A DNA stretch of 64,000 nt, taken from positions 1 to 64,000 of the forward strand of contig CAVWCX010000022.1 of NCBI GenBank assembly GCA_963753595.1. The letters are read 5' to 3'. Under the pieces are notes generated by a model that was not told the DNA's origin, made no database searches, and saw only the letters and a list, made by a program, of their open reading frames with translations. A program made the position numbers and the translations under genes. Positions within the stretch are counted from its first letter, which is position 1. Each line of letters starts with the position of its first letter. Positions 42,145 through 52,186 of this stretch are shown in pieces. The stretch comes from Candidatus Methanoperedenaceae archaeon (lineage in GTDB: Archaea > Halobacteriota > Methanosarcinia > Methanosarcinales > Methanoperedenaceae).

Positions 42145-43686
42145 CCGTAACTCTCCCTTTTTTACGTAATACTCAAATCAATCCCCAATTTTTCAATAAG
42201 TAAACGTGTCTTTTTAGGAATCTCAGAGATCTCCCAGTCATCCCCTATCTTAACATTGAACACTCTTGATAGATGTAGAATAACATCTTTTGGTGAACAT
42301 CTGCTTAAAATATCCCTGGAAAGTAGCAATCCATAAACCTTATAATAAAGAAGTAGAGCGACAAAATTCACAAACATCCATCCTTCCATTGCGGAATCAT
42401 CTCTCATATAACTGCGATCTGCATTCAACACATTTTTAAATGTGTCAAAAGTAACCTCGATCTCAACACGGCTTTTCAGCAACTCGAAAATTTTCTGTGG
42501 GGACAAATCCAATCCTGTAATTATCGATATTGTGCCAAACTTACTATCATTTTCATGAAACTCTTCTATCTTGAGCTTTCCTTCATTCACCCTTATTAAA
42601 AAATCACGTTCCTCTTCCACTTTCAAAAAGTTATCCAGGAATGTAACTATCCTTTTCCCATCTAATACACGTTCATAATGCCAAATCACTCGGTTCTCAA
42701 AAAGAAAATGACCATCAAACTGCTTTCTTCCGGCCTGTTTTAGAGGTGAGTAATCGATGAACTGACTATTCCTTTTCAGAGGTAAAATATACCTTATTTT
42801 CTTTGTTTCCAATTCTTTCGCATTGTCTGCAGAATAGAAACCCTTGTCTCCCACCAAAATAATGTCCTTCACCTTCGATTCTTCCATGGATAAAAGCAAA
42901 CTGGAAACGTCCCTTATCGAACCGGGAACAAGTCTATAAAATATCGGCTGCATTCGATCAAGTGAAAAAAGCAAAAAAAGATTTATTTGCGGGAGGTAGT
43001 TCCTTTCTGAATTTCGACCTAAAGTAGCTGATATCACATTTTCTGAAAGAGAGAAAACATGTGTGAGATCAACCGCCATACATTCATCTTGTGCTATGTA
43101 TTTTGACAGGAATTTCTTGATAAGATCTCTTTGCTGCCCTATTGCGTGAAGTATGTTGCTAAGTGTCTTGGGAGATACTTTTGCATCGGGTATGATGTCA
43201 GATAAGTAAGAACTCTGGTAATGATTTTGAACATTCTTTAGTGGTGATGATGAGAAAAAACGAAATGCTGCGAATGTGAATATCTCCTTCCATATATCTG
43301 GAAACACTTCTTTCAGGTTTTGGATGATATCTTTTGATTCATTAGCTATGAATCGTGATGCTCCAAACTCTTTTACACTAATATTTTTCCGTGATTCTAT
43401 TGTCCTTTCATGTTTTGGTTTTATGAGTCCTTCTTCTGTTATTTTGCCAAGAAATTTTTCTGTGATCTTTTTGGCCCGTTTCTTTTCTTTGTCATATTCG
43501 CTTCTGATTTTGTAGAGATAATAGTACTTTCCGAGTTTTCTTATTTCTGTCCCTTTTGTTTTGTGTTTCAATACCCAATCCGGATGAGTCATAATATTAC
43601 GTATATACGTAATACAAATATATAAAGATTACGGTATGTGTTGACAGTTTTCTAAAAAATATTACACAAATTGGGCGGAGTTAAGG
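42145..43686 (-). mobile_element. Insertion sequence, IS1634-like (DDE)
   Basis: Imperfect terminal IRs CCGTAACTCTCCC (42145) and GGGCGGAGTTAAGG (to 43686); no matching target duplication. Confidence 0.75.
42162..43592 (-). CDS. DDE transposase (IS1634-like)
   Basis: AVDLT, VGDKGFYS, RVEIEVTFDTFK. Confidence 0.9.
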   Translation of the reverse strand: MTHPDWVLKHKTKGTEIRKLGKYYYLYKIRSEYDKEKKRAKKITEKFLGKITEEGLIKPKHERTIESRKNISVKEFGASRFIANESKDIIQNLKEVFPDIWKEIFTFAAFRFFSSSPLKNVQNHYQSSYLSDIIPDAKVSPKTLSNILHAIGQQRDLIKKFLSKYIAQDECMAVDLTHVFSLSENVISATLGRNSERNYLPQINLFLLFSLDRMQPIFYRLVPGSIRDVSSLLLSMEESKVKDIILVGDKGFYSADNAKELETKKIRYILPLKRNSQFIDYSPLKQAGRKQFDGHFLFENRVIWHYERVLDGKRIVTFLDNFLKVEEERDFLIRVNEGKLKIEEFHENDSKFGTISIITGLDLSPQKIFELLKSRVEIEVTFDTFKNVLNADRSYMRDDSAMEGWMFVNFVALLLYYKVYGLLLSRDILSRCSPKDVILHLSRVFNVKIGDDWEISEIPKKTRLLIEKLGIDLSIT

Positions 43687-43824
43687 ATTAATATAGGATT
43701 TTTCGGGAAATCCCCACATGTGATTGATTTTTATGCGTTATTTAAAAATACCTTCGCAATGATCATTTATGGTACAATATTTTTATCAGTGAGTTTATTT
43801 GCCTTTAAAAGGAGAGATTTATGA
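43687..43824 (+). pseudogene. 3' remnant of ABC-2 type permease
   Basis: INIGFFGKSPHVIDFYALFKNTFAMIIYGTIFLSVSLFAFKRRDL*; stop overlaps the ABC ATPase start (ATGA). Confidence 0.7.
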
Positions 43825-44756
43825 TATCGAATATTATCTCAACAAAGGGGCTGTCTAAAAAGTATGGCTCCCAATTTGTTCTAAAAGATGTTTCACTAAA
43901 TGTAAAAAATAAAGATATCTATGGGTTTTTAGGTGAGAATGGGGCTGGCAAAACTACCACTATAAAATTATTGTCCGGTCTTTTGATACCTGCAAGCGGA
44001 AAGATCATTATAGATGGTATGGATATGGATATCGAATCAAACAATATAAAAAAAATTATTGGGTTAGTACCTCAGGATTCGAGTTTTTACGATAGTAGAA
44101 ACGCTTTGAGCCATATGATTTATTATGGAAGATTAAAAGGATTAACTAACAAAGATGCCCTGGAACAATCAAATATACTATTAGACAAAGTTGGTTTGAA
44201 AGGGGCATTGAAAAAAAAGGTAGGTAATTTCTCACATGGTATGAAAAAACGCCTGGCAATTGCCCAGGCTCTTTTGAACAAACCAAAAATATTGATCCTC
44301 GATGAACCAACAAATGGGCTCGATCCAGCCGGAACCCGACAAATAAAAGAAATACTTTGTGAATTCAACAACAATGGGATTACTATAGTCATTTCGTCTC
44401 ATAATCTGTTGGAAATTCAAGAAATATGTAATAGAGTTGGAATTATAGATAAAGGAAAAATAATTGCAGAAGACAAAATAGAGAAAATCCGGATATTTGA
44501 ATCCAATGGTGTAGTAACAGTGGGAGTTTATGACCTCTCTCATAAAATAATAAATTTGATAGAAAGTCTGGAGTTTGTAGTTAAAACTGAGTTAAAAGCT
44601 GAAAATATTTTAGATATATTTGTGAATTCTATAGACGATACAAAACCAGAGATTAATAAATTAATTGTTGAAAATGGTGGAAGAGTTTTCAAGCTTGTAG
44701 AAAATTCACTGTCTCTGGAAGATGCTTTCTTTAATATCACCAAAAAAGGGCTTTAG
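43821..44756 (+). CDS. ABC transporter ATP-binding protein (ABC-2 exporter type)
   Basis: GENGAGKTT, FSHGMKKR, LDEPT, SSH. Confidence 0.92.
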   Translation: MISNIISTKGLSKKYGSQFVLKDVSLNVKNKDIYGFLGENGAGKTTTIKLLSGLLIPASGKIIIDGMDMDIESNNIKKIIGLVPQDSSFYDSRNALSHMIYYGRLKGLTNKDALEQSNILLDKVGLKGALKKKVGNFSHGMKKRLAIAQALLNKPKILILDEPTNGLDPAGTRQIKEILCEFNNNGITIVISSHNLLEIQEICNRVGIIDKGKIIAEDKIEKIRIFESNGVVTVGVYDLSHKIINLIESLEFVVKTELKAENILDIFVNSIDDTKPEINKLIVENGGRVFKLVENSLSLEDAFFNITKKGL

Positions 44757-44776
44757 ATTCATTATATTGTTTTTCC

Positions 44777-46116
44777 GGGAGTGTAATCAATTTTGCTGAA
44801 ACTTCTATAAACTAAAACAAATATTATAGGAGTTGAGTGACATGGCAGAATTATTTACACGAGAACAAGCAAGGGCATGGCTTCGGGCAAACAATTTAAA
44901 AACGGGTAAAGGCATCCAGGATGCGTTTATTAACGAGATAAAAGGAGTTCTTCAAGAGGCATTAGAAGAAGAAATGAATAACACTCTTGGTTATTCTAAA
45001 TATGACTACACAAATAAAAATAACGACAACACAAGAAACGGTCATACAAAAAAGACAGTAAAAAGTCAATTTGGCAAGATAGAACTTGATATCCCACGTG
45101 ACGCCGATGGTGAACATGAACCAATCATTGTAAAGAAACACCAAAGAACAATATCAAGCGACCTTGAAGGAATGATCGTTTCATTATTTTCCCAGGGATT
45201 AAGCAACAGGGACATAGAATCTCATATGAATAAAATATATGGCCTTGAAGTTTCGGCTGAAATGGTTACCAGAATAACTGATAAGATTCTACCGATTGCG
45301 AAAGAATGGCAAATTAGACCATTGAACGAACTGTATCCTATCATCTATCTGGATGGTATTGTTTTTAACGTGAATAAAGATGGGCAGATAGTCAAGAAGA
45401 CGGCATATGTTGTATTTGCAGTAACGATTGAAGGAAAGAAGGATATTCTTGGAATATGGATAGGCGAAGCCGAATCATCCAAATTCTGGATGGGTGTTCT
45501 TGCTGATCTAAGAAATCGGGGTGTAAAGGATCTCCTTATTTGTTCTGTTGATGGTTTAAAAGGATTCGAGGAAGCCATTAAAGCCTCTTTTCCTAAAGCG
45601 GAGATTCAAAAATGCGTAGTTCATCAGATAAGGAATAGCACCAAATTTGTCAGTTATAAGGACAGAAAAGTATTCTGTGCAGATATGAGAGAGATCTACA
45701 CTGCTGCCAATGAGGAAGCAGGATTGGCTGCTCTTGACCGGTTTGAGAATAAATGGGGCATTAAATATTCATATGCTATCAAGAGCTGGAGAGACAATTG
45801 GCAATATCTATCAACATTCTTCAAATATCCTCCTGAAATAAGACGAATAATATACACGACCAATGCTATAGAAAATTTCAATAGGCAGATACGGAAAATC
45901 ACAAAAACCAAAAGTTCTTTCCCAACGGATGATTCCTTATTCAAAATACTTTATCTGATAGTGTTTGATGCATCTGAGAAATGGACAATGCCTATGCGTG
46001 AATGGGGCATTATAGTGAACCAGCTAAGGGTCTATTTCGGTGAAAGGGTTGATACATATTTATAAATATGAGGAGATATTCATATGGATAGTTTCAGCAA
46101 AAAAGGTGACACTCCC
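44777..46116 (+). mobile_element. IS256 family insertion sequence
   Basis: IRs GGGAGTGT..TTTTGCTGAAACT and AGTTTCAGCAAAA..ACACTCCC; flanks GTTTTTCC and TTTTTTCC (7/8 duplication). Confidence 0.9.
44833..46065 (+). CDS. IS256 transposase
   Basis: RNG, IPRD, YLDG, DGLKGF, QKCVVH, YTTNAIE. Confidence 0.95.
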   Translation: MSDMAELFTREQARAWLRANNLKTGKGIQDAFINEIKGVLQEALEEEMNNTLGYSKYDYTNKNNDNTRNGHTKKTVKSQFGKIELDIPRDADGEHEPIIVKKHQRTISSDLEGMIVSLFSQGLSNRDIESHMNKIYGLEVSAEMVTRITDKILPIAKEWQIRPLNELYPIIYLDGIVFNVNKDGQIVKKTAYVVFAVTIEGKKDILGIWIGEAESSKFWMGVLADLRNRGVKDLLICSVDGLKGFEEAIKASFPKAEIQKCVVHQIRNSTKFVSYKDRKVFCADMREIYTAANEEAGLAALDRFENKWGIKYSYAIKSWRDNWQYLSTFFKYPPEIRRIIYTTNAIENFNRQIRKITKTKSSFPTDDSLFKILYLIVFDASEKWTMPMREWGIIVNQLRVYFGERVDTYL

Positions 46117-46425
46117 TTTTTTCCCGCTTCCTTAGCCTTCTTATTTTCTCAAGTCCACCTTCAGTTTTTGCAAGGCGCTCATAGAAGGCATTTGCCATGA
46201 TTATATGAGAGTCAATCAGTGGGCCAACCTCCCTTATCCAGATTTAGCGAGGGTGTGTTTTTACGAATTCAGCCCATCTTACCACTTGCTCGTCGTGAGT
46301 CCTGTCTCTCATGATAGCCTCAACCTGCGGATATCCGCTTTTATTTTTGTGAACTCCTTTTCATCATCAACAAAATCTTGTGCAAACCTATCAAGAATTG
46401 TCCGCTCTTTTACTTCTCGACTCAT
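46117..46425 (-). pseudogene. Decayed two-gene module: 38-aa internally deleted ORF plus coupled small helical ORF with internal stop, hit by IS256
   Basis: MSREVKERTILDRFAQDFV/DDEKEFTKIKADIRRLRLS (46425-46309), ATGA-coupled to MRDRTHDEQVVRWAEFVKTHPR*IWIREVGPLIDSHIIMANAFYERLAKTEGGLEKIRRLRKRE. Confidence 0.55.
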
Positions 46426-46579
46426 TCAGGTTATTCAATATATTTGCGTGATAATATATCTTTCCGCAAAAAAAAGAGGCGTGCCAGGAGCAGCAATGTG
46501 AATGAATCAGAAGACTTCACCACAAAGTCGGCCATTACCCCCTATTCATAAATGAACATGAAAAAAACAGCGAACTAAA

Positions 46580-46670
46580 CGAACTGTTACGAACTCCGGT
46601 AGCGTGAGTTCCGTTTCAGTTCTTACAAGCTATTTGTTAATTTTTTGGGACCAGTTAGCAAAGAGAGTCG
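46580..46670. repeat. Dispersed hairpin repeat element, copy 2
   Basis: GAACTG..GAACTCcggtagcgtGAGTTC..CAGTTC..TGTTAATTTT..AGCAAAGA. Confidence 0.65.
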
Positions 46671-46761
46671 AAGATCCCGTAATTTTACAATCAATAAAGG
46701 GTCCAGGTGGAACTTTCCATTAATCTTAAGTCATTTGGTTTTATTGTTAAGTCAAAAGCAA

Positions 46762-47877
46762 ATGAACAAAACCAATCAAATTAATTTCAGGTTCTTCAAG
46801 AAGAATATGCAAAGCATTGCAGTCCTGAGACCTCTTATCCCGGGATCAGATATAATAGAAAAACCCTGTGACGGCATAATGATCTATAGCTTTGCAACAC
46901 AGCAGGCACCTTCAATATTCCGGGAAGTGGCAAAGGCAGGAACTAGATCCGTATTCATAGCCGGAGGACCTCACCCTTCTGCACGGCCTGAAGAGACGCT
47001 TCGGTTTTTTGACTATGTAGTAATAGGTGAAGGGGAAGAAACATTGCCTGAATTGATAGATGTAATTCAAAATAAAGGAGATATTTCATCGGTTAAAGGT
47101 ATTGCTTATAAAAATGAGACTAATAATATCGTTTTCACCGAAAAGAGAAACCAGGTAAATTTAGATAATTATCCGCCTTTTGACCCGAAGATCATGCTCA
47201 ATACGATCGAGATCACCCGTGGATGCCCATTTAATTGCACTTACTGCTCCACACCACAATTATTCGGATGCAATATGAGACACAGGAGCATTGATGTGAT
47301 ATTGAAATATTCAAAGTTCCTCAAAGATATCAGGTTCACGTCCCCGAATGCCTTTGCTTACGGTTCGGATGGCATACATCCGCGTATTGAAAAAATTGAA
47401 TCGCTTCTATGCGCATTGCAGCCCGGAAGGATTTTTTTCGGGACATTTCCTTCAGAAGTTAGACCTGAATTCATAAACGACAGGATACTTGAACTTGTGT
47501 CGAAATATTGCCAAAATTCAACTATCAGCATGGGAGGACAATCAGGAAGCCAGATGATACTTGAAAGCATAAAGCGAAAACATACCGTGGAAGATATTAT
47601 CCTTGGGGCCGAGAAATGCCTGGAACACGGATTTACCCCGATCGTTGATTTTATATTCGGGCTTCCGGGTGAAACTGAAGCTGATCAGCTTGAAACTCTA
47701 AAAGTTATAAAATGGCTGACAGGGAAAGGAGGAAACGTGCATTCCCATTATTTCATGCCTCTTCCCGGCACAGAGTTTAAAAATTCAACGCCTGCTCCAT
47801 TATCCAAAGAAGTGGAAAAAATGATGGGAAAGCTGGCGCTAAAAGGAAAAACTACGGGTGTGTGGTCTAAAGATTGA
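46762..47877 (+). CDS. B12-binding radical SAM protein (TIGR04013-like)
   Basis: AGGPHPS, IGEGE, RGCPFNCTYC, FPSEVRPE; start taken at ATG 46762. Confidence 0.85.
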   Translation: MNKTNQINFRFFKKNMQSIAVLRPLIPGSDIIEKPCDGIMIYSFATQQAPSIFREVAKAGTRSVFIAGGPHPSARPEETLRFFDYVVIGEGEETLPELIDVIQNKGDISSVKGIAYKNETNNIVFTEKRNQVNLDNYPPFDPKIMLNTIEITRGCPFNCTYCSTPQLFGCNMRHRSIDVILKYSKFLKDIRFTSPNAFAYGSDGIHPRIEKIESLLCALQPGRIFFGTFPSEVRPEFINDRILELVSKYCQNSTISMGGQSGSQMILESIKRKHTVEDIILGAEKCLEHGFTPIVDFIFGLPGETEADQLETLKVIKWLTGKGGNVHSHYFMPLPGTEFKNSTPAPLSKEVEKMMGKLALKGKTTGVWSKD

Positions 47878-47885
47878 GTTTGCTG

Positions 47886-48956
47886 TTAATCTTTTTTTCC
47901 ACTTGATTTTAGCTTGATATCCTCACTTTCAACAAGAAGCCTGAACTCATCAAGGCTTAAACGCCCGTCTTTCTTGAACTTCTCTTTGGCTTGCTCACGT
48001 TTTCCAACATTTTTCTGCTCATCGCGGCCAAGCTGGTATTCTTTCATCTGCTCCAGATAAACTCCAAGTTCATCACGAAGCTTCGGAATTTCCATCTTCA
48101 GTACGCTTATTTTCTTTCGAAGAGGCGCAATGCCCTTGAATTTTTCATTCAATTGGACATGATAAGAATCCGCTTCTTTACGCAGTGTGTCTATTTCATT
48201 GTAAAGTTTGATCATTTCTTCATGGGACTTCTGGGATTCCTGGGCAAGCGTCTGGATCTTAGCATGCAAAGTATCCATATCCGTGTAGATCTCTTTTCCC
48301 CTGGTATATTCAAGTGTGATAACGGAATGTATCTCATTTGCTTTCTGCGTGGCTTTCAATCTCTCGTTTAACTCATTTAAACGGCTGAAAATATTGATCT
48401 CATGCTCAAGCGGAAGGTCTGCCGTCAAAAAGAGGTTTAACTCCTCTTGATAAGCCTTTTCAAGGGTTTCAAATCTTCCCCTGGCTGTAAGGTTCAATTC
48501 ATCGCGTGATTTCTTGAGTTCACCTATTCTCTCGCTGAATTCTTTCCCAATGCCCCTCATCTGGTCTCGCTGCGCTTTTAATTCCGCGATCTTTGCGTTA
48601 GTCTCATCCCGCTTTTTTCGCAATTCAGCAGCTTTTGGTGACAATTCCTTGACTCTTGCATTTAAGCCGTCGCGTTTGGCTTTGAGGTCATTGCCGCCCT
48701 GGCTGTGAAGGGAAATATCCCTGAATATTGTTTTCAGTTCCCTTTCATTCTGTTCTATTCTCTGCCGAAGTAGATTGATCTTCTCCTTCAGGTCACGTTC
48801 CGATAATTTCGGGTAAATTTTTGGCGTTTCAACCTGTATCTTAACCTCTTCGGATTTGTTTCCAACAGGTATATCAGAGGTACCTTCAGTAGTACCTTTA
48901 GTTTCAGTATTACTTTCAGTAATGATCTCCATTATGGCTTTCAGGCTGGCCTTCAC
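47886..48956 (-). CDS. Archaeal coiled-coil protein (COG1340-like); probably extends to TTG 49074 through a frameshift
   Basis: Long heptad E/K/R pattern, C-terminal GRLSLDEF. Confidence 0.75.
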   Translation of the reverse strand: MKASLKAIMEIITESNTETKGTTEGTSDIPVGNKSEEVKIQVETPKIYPKLSERDLKEKINLLRQRIEQNERELKTIFRDISLHSQGGNDLKAKRDGLNARVKELSPKAAELRKKRDETNAKIAELKAQRDQMRGIGKEFSERIGELKKSRDELNLTARGRFETLEKAYQEELNLFLTADLPLEHEINIFSRLNELNERLKATQKANEIHSVITLEYTRGKEIYTDMDTLHAKIQTLAQESQKSHEEMIKLYNEIDTLRKEADSYHVQLNEKFKGIAPLRKKISVLKMEIPKLRDELGVYLEQMKEYQLGRDEQKNVGKREQAKEKFKKDGRLSLDEFRLLVESEDIKLKSSGKKD

Positions 48957-49066
48957 TGGTTTCTACGGGGGCTTCGATATGCGATTCAACTGGATTTTCG
49001 ATCTGATTGTTTTCAGGATCTTTTATGGGAATATTTTCCGTTTGCATGATTTGCTTATCCTCAACT

Positions 49067-49726
49067 TCACTCAACTTTTATCCCCCCTTTTTGTTTTTCC
49101 CAGTAAGCCAAAGCATTTGTATGGCTTTCGATCCTTCTTTTTAACCAGTTATGCCTGCCCTCTATTTCTCCTGCCTGTTTATCAATTTCCTTTGCAGAAC
49201 CAATGTCCTGTTTTGGTTTATTCTGGATCGATAAAAGTTCCTTATGCGATTCATTCGCTTCATTCAATTTATCGATTATTGCTTTTGAGGTTACGGATAT
49301 TCCAGCTTTTCTGGCCTCGGTTTCAAAATCATATAGAAGTTTCTTGACTTCAACTATCGATTTTTCTTCATCATCAATATTTCTTGAATTCTGGAGTTTT
49401 TTCTCGTGTTCTTCAATCCTGGCCGAAAGACGTGTTACTTCATGTACATGGGGTGATCTGGCCTGCTGCATCTTTTCGGTCACCTCTTTGAAAAGGTCTT
49501 CCCTTTGTTTTTTCGCCTGGTGGAAATAGAGGAAATATTTTTCATTGAGAACAATTATTTTTGTTTCGTTTGTTTCGATTTCCTTTTTTAGCTCATCCGT
49601 TTGCTTCTTAATAGCAATGAGCTTATTATCAAGCTCGGAAAATTCACCTTTAAAAGCTCCCAGGAACTTATTATGTTTTTCAATAACAAGCTCCATTAAT
49701 TTATTATTGTCAATTGTTTCAGTCAT
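49067..49726 (-). CDS. Coiled-coil hypothetical protein
   Basis: Heptad pattern, C-terminal RRIESH..ALAYW. Confidence 0.7.
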   Translation of the reverse strand: MTETIDNNKLMELVIEKHNKFLGAFKGEFSELDNKLIAIKKQTDELKKEIETNETKIIVLNEKYFLYFHQAKKQREDLFKEVTEKMQQARSPHVHEVTRLSARIEEHEKKLQNSRNIDDEEKSIVEVKKLLYDFETEARKAGISVTSKAIIDKLNEANESHKELLSIQNKPKQDIGSAKEIDKQAGEIEGRHNWLKRRIESHTNALAYWEKQKGGIKVE

Positions 49727-50019
49727 ATTTGTACCATCTGTGCATGGGGTATGCCATCAATAAAGATCACGGTATCAGGATCGACACATCCGCACTCAAC
49801 TGCGCATGCAATGGATTTCTCACCTGCGATATTTGCGATATGTGCGCATGAAAGTGCGTCCTTTACCTCATTTTCGCAAACTTCTTCACCTTTGTAAAAG
49901 CTTTCTTCAAGTTTGAGAACAAGTTTTCCTTCTTTGAATTTCTTACCAAGAATATCCGTATCACAGACTGCAACTATCAATTTGCCGTCCGTATCATATT
50001 TTTTCATATACATGTTCAA
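49723..50019 (-). CDS. DUF424 family protein
   Basis: VAVCD..LGK, FYKG, ANIAG, IPHAQ. Confidence 0.85.
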   Translation of the reverse strand: MNMYMKKYDTDGKLIVAVCDTDILGKKFKEGKLVLKLEESFYKGEEVCENEVKDALSCAHIANIAGEKSIACAVECGCVDPDTVIFIDGIPHAQMVQI

Positions 50020-52100
50020 ACAACCCTGAACCTTTCATTACTTGACTCAATAATCTCTCCTGCGCTCTTTAACTTTTGTATCATATCCTCAACTGTCTCT
50101 TTTTTGATACCTGATTCTTCTGCCTTTGATATAATCTCTTCTATTGGCGCCGCGCCCATTTCTTTCTGGAGGTCCCTGATTATTTCCCTGAGTACCTTGA
50201 TCCTGTCCCTCTGGCTTTTACCCATCCCTACATTTACAATATCAGCATCAAGCCTTCCTGTTTCCGGATCTGTCATGACCTGTTTTAAGCTTGCCATCAC
50301 AATTCGTATGATCCTGCTTGTGTCATCTGTTGTTATGACATTACTCAAACGTACGCGTGCGCTTGCTTCAGCCAGGCGTATCAGGGCTTCAAGCTGGCGG
50401 GCAGTAACAGGAACAGGAGAATCCGGGGCCTCCCCCTGTTTCCTCAGGCCAAGATAAAAGTCAATCAAATGTTTCCTTGCATCGTCCTGGATAATTGGGA
50501 AAATATTCCTCTTTGTATACGCAATATATTTCCTGAGCTTCTCTGCTTCCAGCACCGGTCGGATGACCTCCATGGCTTTTGTAATCTCATCCGTGCTTAT
50601 TCCTGAATTTATTATATTTTTTCTCTTAGCTGAAAGTTCACCCGCGTAATGGGCTTTCAGGATATGTTCAGCTATCGCAGTATCCCTGTTGACCGAAGGC
50701 TCATCAGTTAGTATGAATATCAGGTCAAAACGAGAAAGCAGAGCTGGCGGCATATTTATTTGTTTAGCGATGGGTTCATACCTGTCAAACCTTCCGAATT
50801 TCGGATTGGCCGCTCCCAGAAGTGAGCAGCGTGATTTCAAAGTCGCCATAATTCCTGCTTTTGCTATGCTTATGGTTTGCTGTTCCATGGCTTCGTGCAT
50901 GGAACTCCTGTCTTCCGGTTCCATCTTGTCAAGTTCATCAACGCAGGCAAGACCCATATCAGCAAGCACAAGTGCGCCTGCTTCAAGCGTCCAGCGGCCA
51001 TCCCCGAACTCATCCTTTACGGCCGTGGCAGTAAGACCAGCCGAAGTTGAGCTTTTTCCGCTTGTATAAATACCGCGTGGCGCAAGTTTTACGGCATACC
51101 TCAATAGCTGGGATTTAGCTACACCAGGATCACCCACAAGGAGTATATGCACATCCCCGCGAATGCGCGCCCCATCCGGCAGGTACTTTGCAATACCTGA
51201 AAAAAGCTGAAGCGCCATGGCTTCTTTCACTTCCTCATAACCGTAGATCGAAGGAGCGATGGAGCCGATTATCTTTTTATATATCTCCGGGTCTTCCCCG
51301 AGGGTTATGATCTCTTCGATATCCTCTTTTGATATCTCAATATCTTCAAATTCCTTGTCTTCTATATCGATCGAATTCCCGTCAAGCAAGAGATCAAAAA
51401 AAGTGCTTTTCCCCTCGCGGTTGCTCCTCTGGAATGAGCGCAATATCCCTGATATGACAACGCGGTCACCCGGTGAAACCTGTCCGGCCAGGTCATCATC
51501 AACATCCACATCGAGAGTCTGTGGCTGCTCACCTCCCCGAAGATCGTCTGGTGATTCCTGTATCCTGAGTTTTTGCGCATCGATGAATTCGGATTCTTCA
51601 TGAACGAGTTTAAACTGGCCTTTGCGTTCACATTGGTCACACTGAAAAGGTTCAACAAATTTTCCTTCATATTGTGTCAATTTTGTAATTGAATCACAAT
51701 ATTTACATTTGAATGCAGCAACCTTGATCTTTGGCCTTACTTCTGTTGCTTTCCTTATAAGACCGGAAACGGCTATGAATTTGGTTATGTTTTTGCTTCG
51801 AAGCTCCCTTATCTGGATACGTTCAGGAATTTTGATTATCCTAACATGTATATCTTTAAAATCTTTAAAAACAACGTCAGCAGGAAGATCAATTCCACTT
51901 AGAGCTTCATTTGCATGTTTTATTACTCTGTCAGGATGCTCAAGCAGCTCGTTCGCAAGATCCATATCACGCCGATTGATATCGGGAAATTGAATGACAA
52001 GACTTCTTTTTTCAGGAAAATCCTTTGCCAATTCAAGGATGTAATCCCAGTAATAGAGTTTAAAGAATTCTTCCCAAGCCTGGATAGATGATTGCACCAT
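50016..52100 (-). CDS. mcm: Replicative helicase MCM (no intein evident)
   Basis: Zn finger, GDPGVAKSQ, LEAGALVLAD, DELDKM, SRFDL, TARQLE. Confidence 0.97.
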   Translation of the reverse strand: MVQSSIQAWEEFFKLYYWDYILELAKDFPEKRSLVIQFPDINRRDMDLANELLEHPDRVIKHANEALSGIDLPADVVFKDFKDIHVRIIKIPERIQIRELRSKNITKFIAVSGLIRKATEVRPKIKVAAFKCKYCDSITKLTQYEGKFVEPFQCDQCERKGQFKLVHEESEFIDAQKLRIQESPDDLRGGEQPQTLDVDVDDDLAGQVSPGDRVVISGILRSFQRSNREGKSTFFDLLLDGNSIDIEDKEFEDIEISKEDIEEIITLGEDPEIYKKIIGSIAPSIYGYEEVKEAMALQLFSGIAKYLPDGARIRGDVHILLVGDPGVAKSQLLRYAVKLAPRGIYTSGKSSTSAGLTATAVKDEFGDGRWTLEAGALVLADMGLACVDELDKMEPEDRSSMHEAMEQQTISIAKAGIMATLKSRCSLLGAANPKFGRFDRYEPIAKQINMPPALLSRFDLIFILTDEPSVNRDTAIAEHILKAHYAGELSAKRKNIINSGISTDEITKAMEVIRPVLEAEKLRKYIAYTKRNIFPIIQDDARKHLIDFYLGLRKQGEAPDSPVPVTARQLEALIRLAEASARVRLSNVITTDDTSRIIRIVMASLKQVMTDPETGRLDADIVNVGMGKSQRDRIKVLREIIRDLQKEMGAAPIEEIISKAEESGIKKETVEDMIQKLKSAGEIIESSNERFRVV

Positions 52101-52186
52101 TTTTGACTACTTAAGCCTGAAGGGTATTTCAATGTTTCGAGACGAAAATAAACAATTTAATATAACAATACGATAAATTAACATAC

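Noticed and set aside
46244-46246. In-frame stop as pyrrolysine or selenocysteine recoding
   Set aside because: The codon is TAA, which is not recoded, and the locus shows other signs of decay.
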